A stretch of DNA of 32,000 nt from Fastidiosibacter lacustris (GTDB lineage: Bacteria; Pseudomonadota; Gammaproteobacteria; Francisellales; Francisellaceae), in assembly GCF_003428155.1 (NCBI RefSeq), contig NZ_QLIR01000010.1:30001-62000 (forward strand), read 5' to 3'. Positions 8,885-18,629 of the stretch are shown in pieces. A model generated the notes under the pieces. That model had not been told where the DNA came from. It was given only the letters and a program-made list of their open reading frames with translations, and ran no database searches. Each line of letters opens with the position of its first letter. Position 1 is the stretch's first letter. The position numbers and the translations under genes are program-made.

Positions 8885-9823
8885 TTATTTATTACAATAA
8901 ACATGCTCTAACTCATGGAAATATGGGGTGTTTATTGTAAATGGAGACTGAGCTTTATTTTTTTGTATTCGCTCACATAAGCCTTTCTTAAGATTATTAT
9001 TAAAATTAAAACAATTTTGCTGAACTTGAATTGAATTGGCGTAAACAAAGTCTTGTGTGTAAAAATTTTCACCAATTAAAATTCGACATGTTTTTGCAAA
9101 CTCAGGATAAATAACATAATTATAATGCGAGTCGGTTACTATTAAATCATATTTTTTTTGATCAACAAATAAGTTATACGCCTCCTCCGTTACTCTTTTT
9201 TCAGCCTGAATTTCACTACTTAATAGAGGAACTAAAAAAAAGACAACTAAAAATCTATATACCACAGATAAAAGAAAAGCAATTAGAAGAATAGATTGTG
9301 TTAGTTCTTCATAGATTTTATTTAATGATTTATTTCTCTGAAAGCTCTCCATTGTTTTCACAGCCCTTACATTATCAGGGATGAATAGGTTACTGTTATT
9401 AGGTTGTAGCACATTGCTTTCGTGACCTGATAAGTTTTTTCGGGAATTTCTAAATGATGAAATAGCAATACAACCAATACCGATATATACAACCGTTGCT
9501 AATAACATGACCCAGAAAAAATTCCAAACTTTTAAAGATAAATCGCTGAGTCCTATATTTAATAAAGAAATGAGTCCTCTATATATAAATTGAATATCAG
9601 ATATCGTTGTGCTTTGAAAAACGAACATATCAATACCAAGCAAGTTCAAGAAATGTTTTATATACCCATAGCCTGATAAAATTAAATACCCAATAAAACA
9701 ACCTACAAATAATAGTAATAGCCACTTATAAAGAGACCATATAAACTTAATTACCCATAACTCCTTCAGTATTTTAATAAAATCATCAATTAGTTTTAGT
9801 TTATTAATTTTTTCCATACTCAT
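8885..9823 (-). CDS. Hypothetical membrane protein with three clear hydrophobic helices and a roughly 110-aa C-terminal soluble region. I recognise no family.
   Basis: 312-aa ORF not nested in another gene. Hydrophobic segments WLLLLFVGCFIGYLILSGYGYI, FFWVMLLATVVYIGIGCIAISSF and ILLIAFLLSVVYRFLVVFFLVPLL. Very AT-rich. Its 3' end lies 7 nt from the psd stop. Confidence 0.5.
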   Translation of the reverse strand: MSMEKINKLKLIDDFIKILKELWVIKFIWSLYKWLLLLFVGCFIGYLILSGYGYIKHFLNLLGIDMFVFQSTTISDIQFIYRGLISLLNIGLSDLSLKVWNFFWVMLLATVVYIGIGCIAISSFRNSRKNLSGHESNVLQPNNSNLFIPDNVRAVKTMESFQRNKSLNKIYEELTQSILLIAFLLSVVYRFLVVFFLVPLLSSEIQAEKRVTEEAYNLFVDQKKYDLIVTDSHYNYVIYPEFAKTCRILIGENFYTQDFVYANSIQVQQNCFNFNNNLKKGLCERIQKNKAQSPFTINTPYFHELEHVYCNK

Positions 9824-9880
9824 CTTCCATTTTCTACAAATCGAACTATTATCTTTACTTTCTGTTTAAGTAAACGTTGA

Positions 9881-10663
9881 CTAAATTTGAAATAACTTCA
9901 TTGTATTGGCTTTTGTCACTATACAAAATTCCTCAAAGTCTTCACCACGCAACTTTGCTAAAAATTCAGCTACATAGTAGACATACTCCGGGTAATTTGG
10001 CTTACCACGATATGGGATAGGTGTTAGATATGGTGCATCTGTTTCGACAAGCAATCGATCAAGCGGAATTTTCTTTGCCATTTCCTGGACATCTTGTGCA
10101 TTCTTAAAGGTGACAATGCCTGATATTGAAATATACATTCCCATATTAAGTGCCTGGTTTGCCATATCCCAATCCTCAGTAAAACAATGAAGCACCCCAC
10201 CACAACACTCAATATTGTAGTCTTTTAAAATGCTTAAAGTATCTTCTTTAGCTGCACGTGTATGAACGATAACAGGTTTTTTGAGTATTTTTGCAGCCTC
10301 TACATGAGCAATGAACTTTTGCTTTTGCAGCTGATAACTCTTTGGTTCATTGTAAAAATAATCAAGCCCAGTTTCACCTATAGCTACGCATTTATGGGCT
10401 TTATCTGCGTCTATATAATCAATAATCGTCTGTGCGTCTACAGGCTGAACACCTTCTGTTTCACTAGGATGCACACCGACAGAGTAATACACATTTTGAA
10501 ATGCAGACGCCGTATCTGCTATGGTTTGAACCTCTTCTAGTGTTGTCGAAATTGAGATAATTTTATTAATGCCTTTAGATTTAGCATTTTGAACGACTTT
10601 CTCTATTGTTAAACCATCATCTAACCTTAAGTGGTTTAAATGGCAATGTGAATCAATAAGCAT
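9881..10663 (-). CDS. TatD-family metal-dependent hydrolase/DNase
   Basis: 260 aa. Has MLIDSHCHL, IGETGLDY, VIVHTR and LLVETDAPYL motifs. Confidence 0.85.
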   Translation of the reverse strand: MLIDSHCHLNHLRLDDGLTIEKVVQNAKSKGINKIISISTTLEEVQTIADTASAFQNVYYSVGVHPSETEGVQPVDAQTIIDYIDADKAHKCVAIGETGLDYFYNEPKSYQLQKQKFIAHVEAAKILKKPVIVHTRAAKEDTLSILKDYNIECCGGVLHCFTEDWDMANQALNMGMYISISGIVTFKNAQDVQEMAKKIPLDRLLVETDAPYLTPIPYRGKPNYPEYVYYVAEFLAKLRGEDFEEFCIVTKANTMKLFQI

Positions 10664-10670
10664 ATGAAAA

Positions 10671-11243
10671 TTAGATCATGTGCTTTTTATCAACGGCTCG
10701 AATTTCAGGTACATTACGCATATACCCATAATAGTCTAAACCAAAACCAAACACCCATTCGTTTTCAACTTCTGTACCACAATAATCTGTTTTTAAAAGA
10801 CCTCCTTTCTCACGTGGAGCTTTCTTATCTAGCATAACAGCAGTCAGCACACGTGCAGCACCTCGATCCTCGTAATAACGCTTAACTTCAGACAAAGTCA
10901 AACCACCATCTAAAATATCATCAAACAAAATAACCGTACGCCCTAATGGATCAATATTAGGTGTTTTTACCCAATTAAGCATGCTAGTTCCTGTATATTC
11001 ATTACCATAACGACTGGCATGAATATAGTCAACCTGCAAAGGAAACCTTAAACGCTTAACAATTTCAGAAGTGATAAACAATCCTCCATTCATTACACAC
11101 ACTGCAATTGGATTATCTTTAATATGTGCTTGCGTAATTCCATTTGCAAGCTTACCAAATGCAAGTTCAAGTTCTTCTTTAGAAACAACTACATTCGAAG
11201 CATCAAAAACTTCTTTAATGAAATGAGGTGTGATTTGTGGCAT
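10671..11243 (-). CDS. hpt: Hypoxanthine(-guanine) phosphoribosyltransferase
   Basis: 190 aa. PRPP-binding loop VILFDDILDGGLTL and overall 6-oxopurine PRTase pattern. Confidence 0.85.
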   Translation of the reverse strand: MPQITPHFIKEVFDASNVVVSKEELELAFGKLANGITQAHIKDNPIAVCVMNGGLFITSEIVKRLRFPLQVDYIHASRYGNEYTGTSMLNWVKTPNIDPLGRTVILFDDILDGGLTLSEVKRYYEDRGAARVLTAVMLDKKAPREKGGLLKTDYCGTEVENEWVFGFGLDYYGYMRNVPEIRAVDKKHMI

Positions 11244-11327
11244 TTGACGTGAAATTTTATTTATGAAAATTTCGGCTTATTCTATATGATTTCTTACGAA
11301 ATGCGAACTAAAAAATGCTTAAATTCA

Positions 11328-12191
11328 CTAACAAATCAAATCAATCAATTGACGAAAGTAATTGGGCAAAATGCCTCTATCATACCAACATAATGATGCC
11401 TCATGATCGTAGTAGTCATTAGGATTCAAAACAATTATCCTTCCTGGATCACAATATTGCTGATAAAACTGCTTAGTTACAACTGTATAACCTAACGACA
11501 ATCCAACTAATTGTGCTAGCTGGTCAGGAGAGTTGACAAAGTGACGATCTTTACGTGCTAAGGTCAATAGTTGATACTTTTCCAAATAGCAAAAAGTAAT
11601 GGTATCACTGGGATCAAAATCGATGATATTTTCGCTTGCAATAATATCACTCACAGTCCTTGATTGCCATTCTTTAGGCACGATTAGCACATAGCGCTCA
11701 GGTTGCAATGTTTTTATACACATCTCCTTTGAAACAAAATTATTATTAACGATTGCTAAGTCAACTTTTCCTGTTTTTAATAAATCATGTCTATTTTCAA
11801 TATCTTGAATTTGTAAGTGAAAGCGAAGTTGTGGATAAGCTTTGGCAATTTTTGCAACAGGCTCAACAATACGCGTTTTCATAAGTGTGGAGGACGATAC
11901 GATTTTAATCGGAATAATATTTTCACTCTGGTGCATATTTAGACTACGTAAATAAGTATTCTCAAGCTTTTGGATATCATGACAATAACGTAATAATATT
12001 TGCCCCTCTGATGTCAATTGCATGCCTTTGCGTGAACGAACAAAAAGTGACACATTAAGCTTTTCTTCTAATGACTTTATACGTTGAGTAACCGCTGTTT
12101 GTGTCAAGTGTAATACATCTGCTGCACTATGCACCGTACCAGCTTTTTCAACAGCAATAAATGCCTGTAATAACGGGCTTAAATTGATCAT
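11328..12191 (-). CDS. LysR-family transcriptional regulator
   Basis: 287 aa. N-terminal HTH FIAVEKAGTVHSAADVLHLTQTAVTQRIKSLEEKLNVSLFVR. Confidence 0.85.
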   Translation of the reverse strand: MINLSPLLQAFIAVEKAGTVHSAADVLHLTQTAVTQRIKSLEEKLNVSLFVRSRKGMQLTSEGQILLRYCHDIQKLENTYLRSLNMHQSENIIPIKIVSSSTLMKTRIVEPVAKIAKAYPQLRFHLQIQDIENRHDLLKTGKVDLAIVNNNFVSKEMCIKTLQPERYVLIVPKEWQSRTVSDIIASENIIDFDPSDTITFCYLEKYQLLTLARKDRHFVNSPDQLAQLVGLSLGYTVVTKQFYQQYCDPGRIIVLNPNDYYDHEASLCWYDRGILPNYFRQLIDLIC

Positions 12192-12270
12192 TAATCTCTC
12201 TTCTTAATTATTTATATTGAATTTAAGTTTCAGCAGTTTGCTATAAAAAACATCGTCTTTAACAAGCAAT

Positions 12271-13203
12271 TTAAGAGTATTTAATATTACCTTTAGATGC
12301 AAAGTAAATACCAATAATAAGCATAATACTCCACACTACAAATGAGTGCTCAACATGAGTGATATTAAAGATTACACTGAAAATACCTGCCCAAAAGATA
12401 AAGCTTGCATTAAACGTTGTTCCCAAGCTTGCTCCAATGCGTTTGATCGCATGATAATATGCCAAATAAGAGCTAGAAGCTGACAACACACAACCAATCA
12501 TAAGTAATGGTAAAAATAAATGACTCATCACTTGCCACGTCTGTACATAGTCCACAATCAATAATATGATCAAAATCAATAAATAACTTAAAGCAGAAGT
12601 ACTTTGACGAATGGCTAACAACCAGGAAACATCTTGAGTTGAGGATTTTTGTGCAATTGAAAATAAGATTGATTCCATACCCCAACCAATCATCGCACAA
12701 CTTGCAAAGATTAAACCAATTAGGATGTGCTCTGCACCTGAGCGTACACCTGTAATTGAGATAAACATGACAGCAATGACAGATAAAATAATACCAACGA
12801 CTTTTACTTTGGTTGGTTTTTCACGTAATAAAATCATGGCAAATAATAAGGCGATAACAGGGTAACAAGATGTGACCACACCAGCGTAAACAGGTCCTGC
12901 ATATGCTATACCCATAATACCCGCGACCATTCCTAAGGGTCCTGCACACATTGCTGCAATCACAAGTGGCCAAAAGTTTTGCAATGTTGTTTTACGCCAA
13001 TTTTTTATTAAGCTACCACGTATATGATGATAAACAAAAATACCCAAACAAGAAAAACTATCTTGCATAAGCGACAACGCTAATGCAAAAACTAAAACTG
13101 CAAAAGTAGCTGTACTAAACAAAGCTTGCTCTGAGTAAATATTGGTTAAAACATCATTTAACCCCCAAAGCATACCTGAAATAATTCCTATAATAATTCC
13201 CAA
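12271..13203 (-). CDS. DMT-superfamily (EamA-like) polytopic transporter
   Basis: 310 aa, about 10 hydrophobic helices in two similar halves. Block YAGVVTSCYPVIALLFAMILLREKPT is typical of EamA repeats. The track start is TTG only 2 nt after a GGGGGAGG Shine-Dalgarno, so the exact start is uncertain. Confidence 0.6.
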   Translation of the reverse strand: MGIIIGIISGMLWGLNDVLTNIYSEQALFSTATFAVLVFALALSLMQDSFSCLGIFVYHHIRGSLIKNWRKTTLQNFWPLVIAAMCAGPLGMVAGIMGIAYAGPVYAGVVTSCYPVIALLFAMILLREKPTKVKVVGIILSVIAVMFISITGVRSGAEHILIGLIFASCAMIGWGMESILFSIAQKSSTQDVSWLLAIRQSTSALSYLLILIILLIVDYVQTWQVMSHLFLPLLMIGCVLSASSSYLAYYHAIKRIGASLGTTFNASFIFWAGIFSVIFNITHVEHSFVVWSIMLIIGIYFASKGNIKYS

Positions 13204-13218
13204 AACCTCCCCCCTAGA

Positions 13219-14265
13219 TTAACCTTCATCGTTGCCAGGTAAACGTTGATAATCTTCTAATTTATCTGGCATTTCAATGTCAAAATGACGATAAGCGTGC
13301 AAAGTTGCTACACGCCCTCTTGCAGTACGCATAATATAACCCTGTTGAATCAAATAAGGCTCAATCACATCTTCTATGGTTCCTCGCTCTTCAGATATAG
13401 ATGCTGCAATGGTGTCTAAACCTACTGGTCCTCCTGAAAACTTGTCAATTAATGCTAATAAATAACGCCTATCCATTTGATCAAAGCCAACAGGGTCAAC
13501 ATTAATAAGTAATAAAGCTTTATCGGCAACTTTATGGTCAACAACTCCATGCGCTTTCACTTCTGCATAGTCTCGAACTCGACGTAAAAGCCTATTAGCA
13601 ATTCTTGGTGTGCCACGCGCACGTTTCGCAATTTCTTTAGCTCCTGTTATTTTGATGCTTATTTGCATAAGTTTGGCTGATCGCATAATAATTTCAGTTA
13701 AATCATCAACTGAGTAAAACTCTAAGCGTTGTACAATCCCAAAGCGATCCCTTAAGGGTGATGTCAAAAGTCCTGCCCTTGTTGTTGCACCAACCAAAGT
13801 AAAAGGTGGAAGGTCAATTTTAATGGAACGTGCTGCTGGTCCTTCTCCGATCATGATATCCAGTTGATAATCTTCCATTGCAGGATAGAGCACTTCTTCA
13901 ATCACAGGACTTAAACGATGAATTTCATCAATAAAAAGAACATCGTTTGCTTCTAAGTTCGTTAACAGTGCCGCCAAATCACCTGCTTTCTCCAACACAG
14001 GACCTGAGGTTTGTTTGAGTGAAACGTTCATTTCATTGGCAATAATATGTGAGAGTGTTGTCTTGCCCAAGCCAGGAGGACCAAAAATCAATACATGATC
14101 TAACGCTTCTTTGCGCTTTTTAGCAGCAGCAATAAATATCTCCATTTGTTCTTTAACAACAGGTTGACCGTGATAATCTGGTAATGTTTTTGGTCTTATT
14201 GCACGATCTATTTGATTATCTTCCATTTGCTTATTACCAGAGATAATACGATCTGTTTCTATCAT
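13219..14265 (-). CDS. ruvB: Holliday junction branch-migration helicase RuvB
   Basis: 348 aa. Has Walker [16 protein letters not shown] and the arginine finger region. No ruvA lies upstream; nagA occupies that position. Confidence 0.95.
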   Translation of the reverse strand: MIETDRIISGNKQMEDNQIDRAIRPKTLPDYHGQPVVKEQMEIFIAAAKKRKEALDHVLIFGPPGLGKTTLSHIIANEMNVSLKQTSGPVLEKAGDLAALLTNLEANDVLFIDEIHRLSPVIEEVLYPAMEDYQLDIMIGEGPAARSIKIDLPPFTLVGATTRAGLLTSPLRDRFGIVQRLEFYSVDDLTEIIMRSAKLMQISIKITGAKEIAKRARGTPRIANRLLRRVRDYAEVKAHGVVDHKVADKALLLINVDPVGFDQMDRRYLLALIDKFSGGPVGLDTIAASISEERGTIEDVIEPYLIQQGYIMRTARGRVATLHAYRHFDIEMPDKLEDYQRLPGNDEG

Positions 14266-14408
14266 ATTTCTACATCATACTTAATATTGACTATATAAAC
14301 AGAAGCCTAACACGTTTTAAAGACAAAAACGACGTGATTTTTAGCTTGTCTTATTTCACATTAGCTATCTGACATTAATAAACGCCTGTTCAAAACTATT
14401 TACTATAA

Positions 14409-15554
14409 TCACGCTCTGAAAACTTGCTTTACTTGAAACGACTTATCCAGCACAACAAGATCCGCATCCATGCCAACTTGAATGTCGCCTTTCCGTTTAT
14501 CAAAATTTAAACTTTTTGCTGCATTAAAACTCGACATCTTAACAAGCTCTTGCAAACTGCATGCACTAAACTTTAACATATTTTTTAAAGCGATATTCAT
14601 AGTTAGTACACTCCCCGCAAGCACCCCATTCTCCAAACGAGCTTCACCATTTTTAACAATGACTTTTTGTCCCCCAAGTTCAAAAATACCTTCACCATAT
14701 CCCTGGGCAGACATGGCATCGGTAACTAAAATAATTCCCTCTGCCTCTTTAATACAAAATGTCATCTTGACAATTTCAGGTGCTAAATGTACTCCGTCAA
14801 CAATAAGCTCAGCAATCACTTTATTTGACATCAAAATCGCAGTTGCAGCACCTGGTTGCCGATGATCCACTCCACTCATTGCATTAAATAAATGAGTTGC
14901 TTGAGTAACGCCTTTGTCAATAGCATCAAGCGCACATGCAACACTACAATTAGTATGTCCAATTGAAGCAATCACACCATGTGTGTTACACCAGTCAATA
15001 ATGTTGTTGGCACCTTCAACTTCAGGTGCGAGTGTAACCTTACGAATCGCATTTCGTGATAAGTTTTGCCAATGATTTAATTTTTCTAATGAGGCTTGTT
15101 GTAAATATACGGGATTTTGTGCTCCAATTTTTAAAGCTGAGATAAATGGTCCTTCTAAATGCACCCCCAGAACATTAGCAAAGTGGTGCTCATGTGAATA
15201 TTGATAACCAAAATCAGCTACATTCGATAACGCATTTTCAATAGCTTCTTCAGTTTGTGTCATCGTAGTTGCCAAAAAACTTGTCACACCTTGACGATAA
15301 AGTGATGAACTTATGACTTTAAGTGCTTCTATTTCAGCATCCATTACATCACAACCATTTGAGCCATGAATATGGATATCGATAAAACCTGGCATGATTA
15401 TATCACTTGCATGGTAATTAACTTTTGGTAAATATTTAAATCGTGTATTTATTTCCCCGAATGATACGATTTTACCATACTCAACAACGAGCTCACCTTC
15501 AATGATTTCAGATTTAGTGACAATTTTTGCACCACTTATTCGATAACTTTGCAT
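14409..15554 (-). CDS. nagA: N-acetylglucosamine-6-phosphate deacetylase
   Basis: 381 aa. Has PGFIDIHIHG, HLEGPFIS and ATHLFNAM motifs of the NagA amidohydrolase family. Confidence 0.85.
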   Translation of the reverse strand: MQSYRISGAKIVTKSEIIEGELVVEYGKIVSFGEINTRFKYLPKVNYHASDIIMPGFIDIHIHGSNGCDVMDAEIEALKVISSSLYRQGVTSFLATTMTQTEEAIENALSNVADFGYQYSHEHHFANVLGVHLEGPFISALKIGAQNPVYLQQASLEKLNHWQNLSRNAIRKVTLAPEVEGANNIIDWCNTHGVIASIGHTNCSVACALDAIDKGVTQATHLFNAMSGVDHRQPGAATAILMSNKVIAELIVDGVHLAPEIVKMTFCIKEAEGIILVTDAMSAQGYGEGIFELGGQKVIVKNGEARLENGVLAGSVLTMNIALKNMLKFSACSLQELVKMSSFNAAKSLNFDKRKGDIQVGMDADLVVLDKSFQVKQVFRA

Positions 15555-15669
15555 ATCTGCCCCATAAGTGTCATTTCTTGTAAAATTGCATCACCATATC
15601 CACATCTACTAACGTAAACGTCTTGCTTATATTGTAATGTCTTTATTGTAACTTTTTTATCAGACATGT

Positions 15670-15820
15670 ACTAGTCTCTTAGTTAGATGTGAAAGTTCAT
15701 TTTAACAATTTGATTTATAGCAGCAATCATTTGATATAAAAAACCTCTGTATACAATGAAAAATAAATTACCTTACTAGTTTACGATTTAGCACTTCTTT
15801 TAAAACTAAAGAGAATAAAG
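15670..15820 (+). ncRNA. ssrS: Candidate 6S RNA; boundaries are approximate
   Basis: Sits in the 350-nt gap directly upstream of, and co-oriented with, the 5-formyl-THF cyclo-ligase gene, which is the ssrS-ygfA arrangement widely conserved in Gammaproteobacteria. TCTCTTAGTT (15675-15684) plus AGATGTG can pair with CACTTCT (15793-15799) plus AACTAAAGAGA (15804-15814), allowing one bulge, one mismatch and a 4-nt (TTTA, 15800-15803) interruption on the 3' strand. This would form a long closing stem around about 110 nt, with an inner TCATT(T)G/CAATGA stem. The structure was not computed. Confidence 0.4.
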
Positions 15821-15904
15821 TTTAATTTAGCAGGCTATACTGTCGACTAATTCTATTTAAAATTCAATAATGACAATATATATAACTTATCTTTATTTAA
15901 GCAC

Positions 15905-16468
15905 ATGCAAACTTCTATCCGTAAAGTGTTACGTCAGATCAGAAAATCTATTCCAAGTATACAAAAAAATCACTTGGCATTAGCGCTTGCCAAGCAGTTT
16001 GAAATATACTTCCCAAAGCTTACAAACAAAAACATCGCAAGCTATTTTGCCACAGACGAAGAGATTTCGCCTTATTATATTAATCAGAGGCTTAAGGCTA
16101 AAAATAACCTACTTTACTACCCTATCCTTCACTCGTTTCATACTCGTCACTTATGGTTTAGTGTGGATACACAAAAATATGCAAGAAATAAATATCAACT
16201 ATTAGAGCCTATTTTTTATGCTAACAACATACTTGCACCTTGGGAACTTGATATTATTATTATTCCTTTGGTTGGCTTTAATAAACACAAACAACGTATT
16301 GGAATGGGTGGCGGTTTTTATGACACAACACTACGCTACTGTAAAAAATTCAATAATGTTCAATTTATTGGTATTGCATTTGATGAACAACAGCATGATA
16401 GTGTTGCAATGAATTCTTGGGATATTACAATGGATGCTATTATTACTCCAACTAAAATTATCAATTGA
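15905..16468 (+). CDS. ygfA: 5-formyltetrahydrofolate cyclo-ligase
   Basis: 187 aa. C-terminal block IIPLVGFNKHKQRIGMGGGFYD is typical of the family. Confidence 0.85.
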   Translation: MQTSIRKVLRQIRKSIPSIQKNHLALALAKQFEIYFPKLTNKNIASYFATDEEISPYYINQRLKAKNNLLYYPILHSFHTRHLWFSVDTQKYARNKYQLLEPIFYANNILAPWELDIIIIPLVGFNKHKQRIGMGGGFYDTTLRYCKKFNNVQFIGIAFDEQQHDSVAMNSWDITMDAIITPTKIIN

Positions 16469-16737
16469 TGAACACTAATTCTAACTTACAAAAGCTCATC
16501 ATCGACAGACTTACCAAAGCATTTGACCCTTCTATACTTGAACTGATTGATGAAACGCACAAACACCAAAAACACAAACACTTTCAAAGCGGAAAATTTC
16601 ATTTTAAACTACGGATAGCTAGCCTAAAATTTGTTACACTTAGCACCATTAAAGCACACCAGGAAATCTACACTTGTTTAGGAGATCTGATGAAAGATCA
16701 AATCCATGCCTTATCCATTCATATTGAAAATAACTGA
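16465..16737 (+). CDS. BolA/IbaG-family protein
   Basis: 90 aa. Pattern LIDETHKH...HFKLRIAS.KF...S.IKAHQEIY..L....IHALSIH matches the BolA fold signature. The start overlaps the upstream stop (ATGA). Confidence 0.8.
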   Translation: MMNTNSNLQKLIIDRLTKAFDPSILELIDETHKHQKHKHFQSGKFHFKLRIASLKFVTLSTIKAHQEIYTCLGDLMKDQIHALSIHIENN

Positions 16738-16762
16738 ATAAACTGAATAAGAAGAGAAAATA

Positions 16763-17887
16763 ATGCAAAAAATATCTGCTTTTATCAAAGCTGAATACGG
16801 AGTTGTGCTACCGATTATTCTTTTTATTTTGATCAATTTTATTTTTACAACGTTCAATCCACAAAATATTAGTCACTTTGTAACTGCAGTTACAACGTTT
16901 ACTATATTTTGTGTAATGCTAATTTGTGCATTTAACGTCGTTAAACATGCTGATCGACTTGCTCATAAATTTGGTGAGCCTTATGGAACGATTATTCTGA
17001 CGCTTTCGGTCATCTCAATTGAAGTAGCGCTTATTATTACAATGATGCTCATAGGAAAAGGAGATTCTACACTTGCAAGGGATACGATGTTTGCTGTTAT
17101 CATGATTGCCGTCAATGGGTTTGCAGGCTTAAGTCTACTAACTGGAGGAATCAAACACAACACTCAAATGTATAATATTGAAGGTGCAAGTATCTATATA
17201 TCTTTATTAATTTTACTGCTTAGCATTTGTCTAATTTTACCCAATTATACTGTTGCTACAGATGCAGGCACCTTCAATTTAAGTCAATCCATTATTGTCA
17301 TTGTGGTATGTGTTATTTTGTACGCTAATTTTTTGGTGATGCAAACGATTACTCACAGTGATTATTTTCAATTTTCGCTTGATCATAAAAGTCAACAAGG
17401 TGAGCAGCATAGCTCGATGAGATCGGTATGTTATCACGTTACTTTACTTTTGATCGGTCTTATTGTGATGATTGCACTATCTAAAAATCTTGGAACTTTT
17501 TTAGAATATAGCATTCAAGAAGCAGGTCTCCCTAGTAAACTTGGTGGTTTTATCATCGCTCTTTTAGTGTTGACACCAGAAGGTGTCAGTGCCATTCAAG
17601 CTGCCTACAAGAATCAACTACAACGCTCGATTAACCTGTGTATGGGTTCAGCTGTTGCAACTATTTGCTTAACTGTGCCATCTGTAATTGTCATAAATTT
17701 AATTCTAGGGCACCCACTTATATTAGGTTTAAATAGTACATCCATCGTTATCTTAATGTTAACTTTTTTTATTAGCCTTATCACTTTTACCTCAAGGAGA
17801 ACAAGTGTATTTAACGGCGTGGTACTATTAACTGTATTTGCCATTTATTTTGCTTTAATTTTTGATACCGCTCAACCCTTTGCTTAA
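16763..17887 (+). CDS. chaA: Ca2+/H+ antiporter (CaCA family, ChaA-like)
   Basis: 374 aa, about 11 TM helices. Has two alpha-repeat-like blocks (GTIILTLSVISIEVALI and LVLTPEGVSAI). Confidence 0.75.
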   Translation: MQKISAFIKAEYGVVLPIILFILINFIFTTFNPQNISHFVTAVTTFTIFCVMLICAFNVVKHADRLAHKFGEPYGTIILTLSVISIEVALIITMMLIGKGDSTLARDTMFAVIMIAVNGFAGLSLLTGGIKHNTQMYNIEGASIYISLLILLLSICLILPNYTVATDAGTFNLSQSIIVIVVCVILYANFLVMQTITHSDYFQFSLDHKSQQGEQHSSMRSVCYHVTLLLIGLIVMIALSKNLGTFLEYSIQEAGLPSKLGGFIIALLVLTPEGVSAIQAAYKNQLQRSINLCMGSAVATICLTVPSVIVINLILGHPLILGLNSTSIVILMLTFFISLITFTSRRTSVFNGVVLLTVFAIYFALIFDTAQPFA

Positions 17888-17991
17888 ACTATATACGCTT
17901 TACTTTGATTGGAGTATTTCAGCTATTCATGTCAAACGTATCAGTATATACTAACGTACGAATAAGCAACTATTTCTTAATAATGGTTATA

Positions 17992-18618
17992 ATGTCAAAA
18001 AATAAACATAGTAAAAGTAGTAAACGTTGGCTGGATGAACATCATAACGATTATTATGTCAGCCAGTCCAAAAAAGAAGGTTTTCGCTCACGTGCAGCAT
18101 ACAAACTTATTGAATTACAAGAAAAGGATAAACTTTTTAAATTAGGTATGCAAATTGTTGACCTAGGTGCAGCACCAGGAGGCTGGTCACAGGTATTAAC
18201 AAGCTTTGTCGGTGAAAAAGGGAAAGTATTTGCACTTGATATTTTGGAAATGGACCCTTTACCAGATGTAGTGTTTATTCAAGGAGACTTCACCCAAGAT
18301 GAGTCATACGAAGAACTTATGAACTTAATTAAAGGGCAAACTGTCGATTGGGTGGTTTCAGATATGGCACCTAATATGAGTGGTAATCGAAGTACCGATC
18401 AAGCTAATGCTATGTATTTGGTTGAACTTGCATTAGATTTTGCACAAAGTGTATTAAAACCCAAAGGTAACTTTCTAGCTAAAGTCTTTCAAGGTGAGGG
18501 TTTTGAAATGTTTGTCAAAAACGTCCAACAACAATACCAAAAAGTTGTCATTCGTAAACCAGATGCTTCACGGACTCGCTCGCGTGAAGTTTATGTAATT
18601 GGATTTAATAAATGTTAA
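17992..18618 (+). CDS. rlmE: 23S rRNA U2552 2'-O-ribose methyltransferase RlmE (FtsJ)
   Basis: SKRWLDEHHNDYYV...RSRAAYKL...VDLGAAPGGWSQ...VVSDMAPNMSG are typical of RlmE. I place the start at ATG 17992 (208 aa). The 29 upstream codons of track ORF 17905-18618 have no counterpart in the family. Confidence 0.9.
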   Translation: MSKNKHSKSSKRWLDEHHNDYYVSQSKKEGFRSRAAYKLIELQEKDKLFKLGMQIVDLGAAPGGWSQVLTSFVGEKGKVFALDILEMDPLPDVVFIQGDFTQDESYEELMNLIKGQTVDWVVSDMAPNMSGNRSTDQANAMYLVELALDFAQSVLKPKGNFLAKVFQGEGFEMFVKNVQQQYQKVVIRKPDASRTRSREVYVIGFNKC

Positions 18619-18629
18619 GAGAAATATAG

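Noticed and set aside
16732-16749. Perfect 9-bp tandem duplication AACTGAATA x2 at the end of the BolA-like gene, creating two in-frame TGA stops
   Set aside because: It has only two copies and no wider repeat structure. It is most simply a small slippage duplication or tandem stop with no further implication.
17905-17991. 29-codon N-terminal extension of the rlmE ORF in the track
   Set aside because: RlmE family members begin close to the KRWL...H motif. The extension is hydrophobic and low-complexity and starts at TTG. ATG 17992 gives the expected protein of about 208 aa.
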